The notes under the pieces are model-generated. The model ran no database searches, was not told the origin of the DNA, and worked only from the letters and a program-made list of their open reading frames with translations. From Candidatus Iainarchaeum sp. (lineage in GTDB: Archaea; Iainarchaeota; Iainarchaeia; Iainarchaeales; 0-14-0-20-30-16), in assembly GCA_903916665.1 (NCBI GenBank), contig CAIWXP010000137.1, forward strand, positions 1 to 6,191: a DNA stretch of 6,191 nucleotides, written 5' to 3'. Both the position numbers and the translations under genes were made by a program. Positions 5,766 through 6,191 of the stretch are shown piece after piece. Numbering within the stretch: the stretch's first letter is position 1; the number at the start of each line of letters is the position of its first letter.

Positions 5766-5802
5766 ATCTAATTATATTTAGTTTAACTTGGTTTATTCAT
5801 TT

Positions 5803-5808
5803 GAGGTG
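5803..5808 (+). promoter_or_regulatory. Shine-Dalgarno sequence (GAGGTG) of rpl35ae
   Basis: GAGGTG matches the GGAGGTGA anti-16S consensus and has a 5-nt spacer (TTATA) to ATG 5814. Confidence 0.6.
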
Positions 5809-5813
5809 TTATA

Positions 5814-6077
5814 ATGGTTGAAATTATAGGTGCTATTAAGAATTGTATGTTAGGGTCAAGAACTCAAAAGCCTAAGCAATATATTGTTAATGTTGAAGGC
5901 TATGGAAAAGTTAAAGCTAGCTCTTTAATAGGCAGAAAGGCAGTTTGGACTACTTCTTCAGGCAAGGACATTACAGGCAAGGTAGCTGGTGTTCATGGTG
6001 ACAAAGGTGCTTTGAGAGTAATATTTACCAAAGGGTTACCAGGACAAGCAATAGGAACTAGCATAAAAATAAAGTGA
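5814..6077 (+). CDS. rpl35ae: Large-subunit ribosomal protein L35Ae (eL33)
   Basis: The 87-aa product carries SSLIGRKAVWTTSSGKDITGKVAGVHGDKGALRVIFTKGLPGQAIGTSIKIK. This is collinear with archaeal L35Ae as I recall it (LIGR.V.W....GK...GK....HG..GA.RA.FEKGLPGQALG..VEI). The gene is noticeably less AT-rich than its neighbours and has a good SD and terminator. Confidence 0.92.
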   Translation: MVEIIGAIKNCMLGSRTQKPKQYIVNVEGYGKVKASSLIGRKAVWTTSSGKDITGKVAGVHGDKGALRVIFTKGLPGQAIGTSIKIK

Positions 6078-6100
6078 ATTAATCACTTTATTCTTTTTTT
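6068..6100 (+). terminator. Perfect 10-bp stem-loop plus T7 terminator of rpl35ae; the stem encloses the stop codon
   Basis: AATAAAGTGA (6068-6077), loop ATTAA (6078-6082), TCACTTTATT (6083-6092), then C and TTTTTTT (6094-6100). The TGA stop (6075-6077) forms the last 3 nt of the left arm. Confidence 0.6.
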
Positions 6101-6108
6101 GATTTGCT

Positions 6109-6191
6109 ATGTGTTCAATATCAGGGGTATACTCTAAAAATTCAAAAAAAGATATTGAGCAGGTTAATAATTTATTAAAACATAGAGGCCC
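6109..6191 (+). CDS. asnB: N-terminus (27 codons) of a class-II (Ntn) glutamine amidotransferase, most like asparagine synthase (glutamine-hydrolysing); continues past the right edge
   Basis: ATG 6109 opens MCSISGVYSKNSKKDIEQVNNLLKHRG followed by CC (Pro). Met-Cys at the N-terminus gives the catalytic Cys after Met removal, and there is an HRGP motif about 25 residues in. E. coli AsnB begins MCSIFGVF...LMRHRGPD. PurF has HRGQD and GlmS has YRGYD, so HRGP favours AsnB. The fragment is short, so family-level confidence is moderate. It is not on the ORF track because it is open-ended. Confidence 0.55.
   Translation, partial: MCSISGVYSKNSKKDIEQVNNLLKHRG

Noticed and set aside
6036-6191. Minus-strand reading frame open from the right edge (GPLCFNKLLTCSISFFEFLEYTPDIEHIANQKKNKVINSLYFYASSYCLSW*)
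   Set aside because: It would run through the rpl35ae terminator hairpin and overlap the conserved C-terminus of L35Ae by 42 nt, and it has no recognisable motif. The plus-strand frame gives the diagnostic MC...HRGP amidotransferase N-terminus instead.
1-6191. Search for CRISPR arrays, IS or transposon ends, integrase or att sites, tRNA/rRNA genes, toxin-antitoxin or defence genes, and long direct or inverted repeats
   Set aside because: None found by eye. Every spacer is 127 nt or shorter and is accounted for by promoter or terminator signals. All large ORFs belong to recognisable housekeeping or transport families. A computational repeat or RNA-covariance scan would be needed to be definitive.

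Overview
This is a very AT-rich (about 70% A+T by eye), tightly packed fragment, roughly 92% coding by my coordinates. It is almost certainly archaeal, because it encodes a PCNA sliding clamp and ribosomal protein L35Ae, both archaeal/eukaryotic-type. TGA, TAA and TAG are all used as stops, so the genetic code is standard. The composition and compactness suggest a small-genome, DPANN-like archaeon, but that is inference only.

I support seven genes. On the minus strand, in transcription order:
- a membrane-anchored LivJ/K-type solute-binding protein (3478..4629)
- a 12-TM MFS permease (1975..3381)
- a COG2509-like FAD-dependent oxidoreductase (580..1908)
- the N-terminal two thirds of PCNA (1..481). 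It is open at the left edge and absent from the supplied ORF track, whose ORF 93..524(+) is its antisense shadow.

On the plus strand:
- a 320-aa protein made of two complete Lrp/AsnC (HTH+RAM) units (4757..5719)
- ribosomal protein L35Ae (5814..6077)
- the first 27 codons of an AsnB-type class-II glutamine amidotransferase (6109..6191), also missed by the track.

Regulatory signals visible by eye:
- archaeal TATA/BRE-like boxes about 25 nt upstream of likely leaderless starts (MFS, Lrp)
- Shine-Dalgarno-led starts (SBP, L35Ae, probably PCNA)
- two stem-loop plus oligo-T terminators, each enclosing a stop codon.

I see no CRISPR array, mobile element, RNA gene, defence gene or long repeat, and no convincing new multi-gene system. 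The most unusual items are the single-chain double Lrp regulator and its divergently transcribed orphan binding protein, which sits next to an MFS permease rather than ABC components. Both are hypotheses that need database and genome-context checks.
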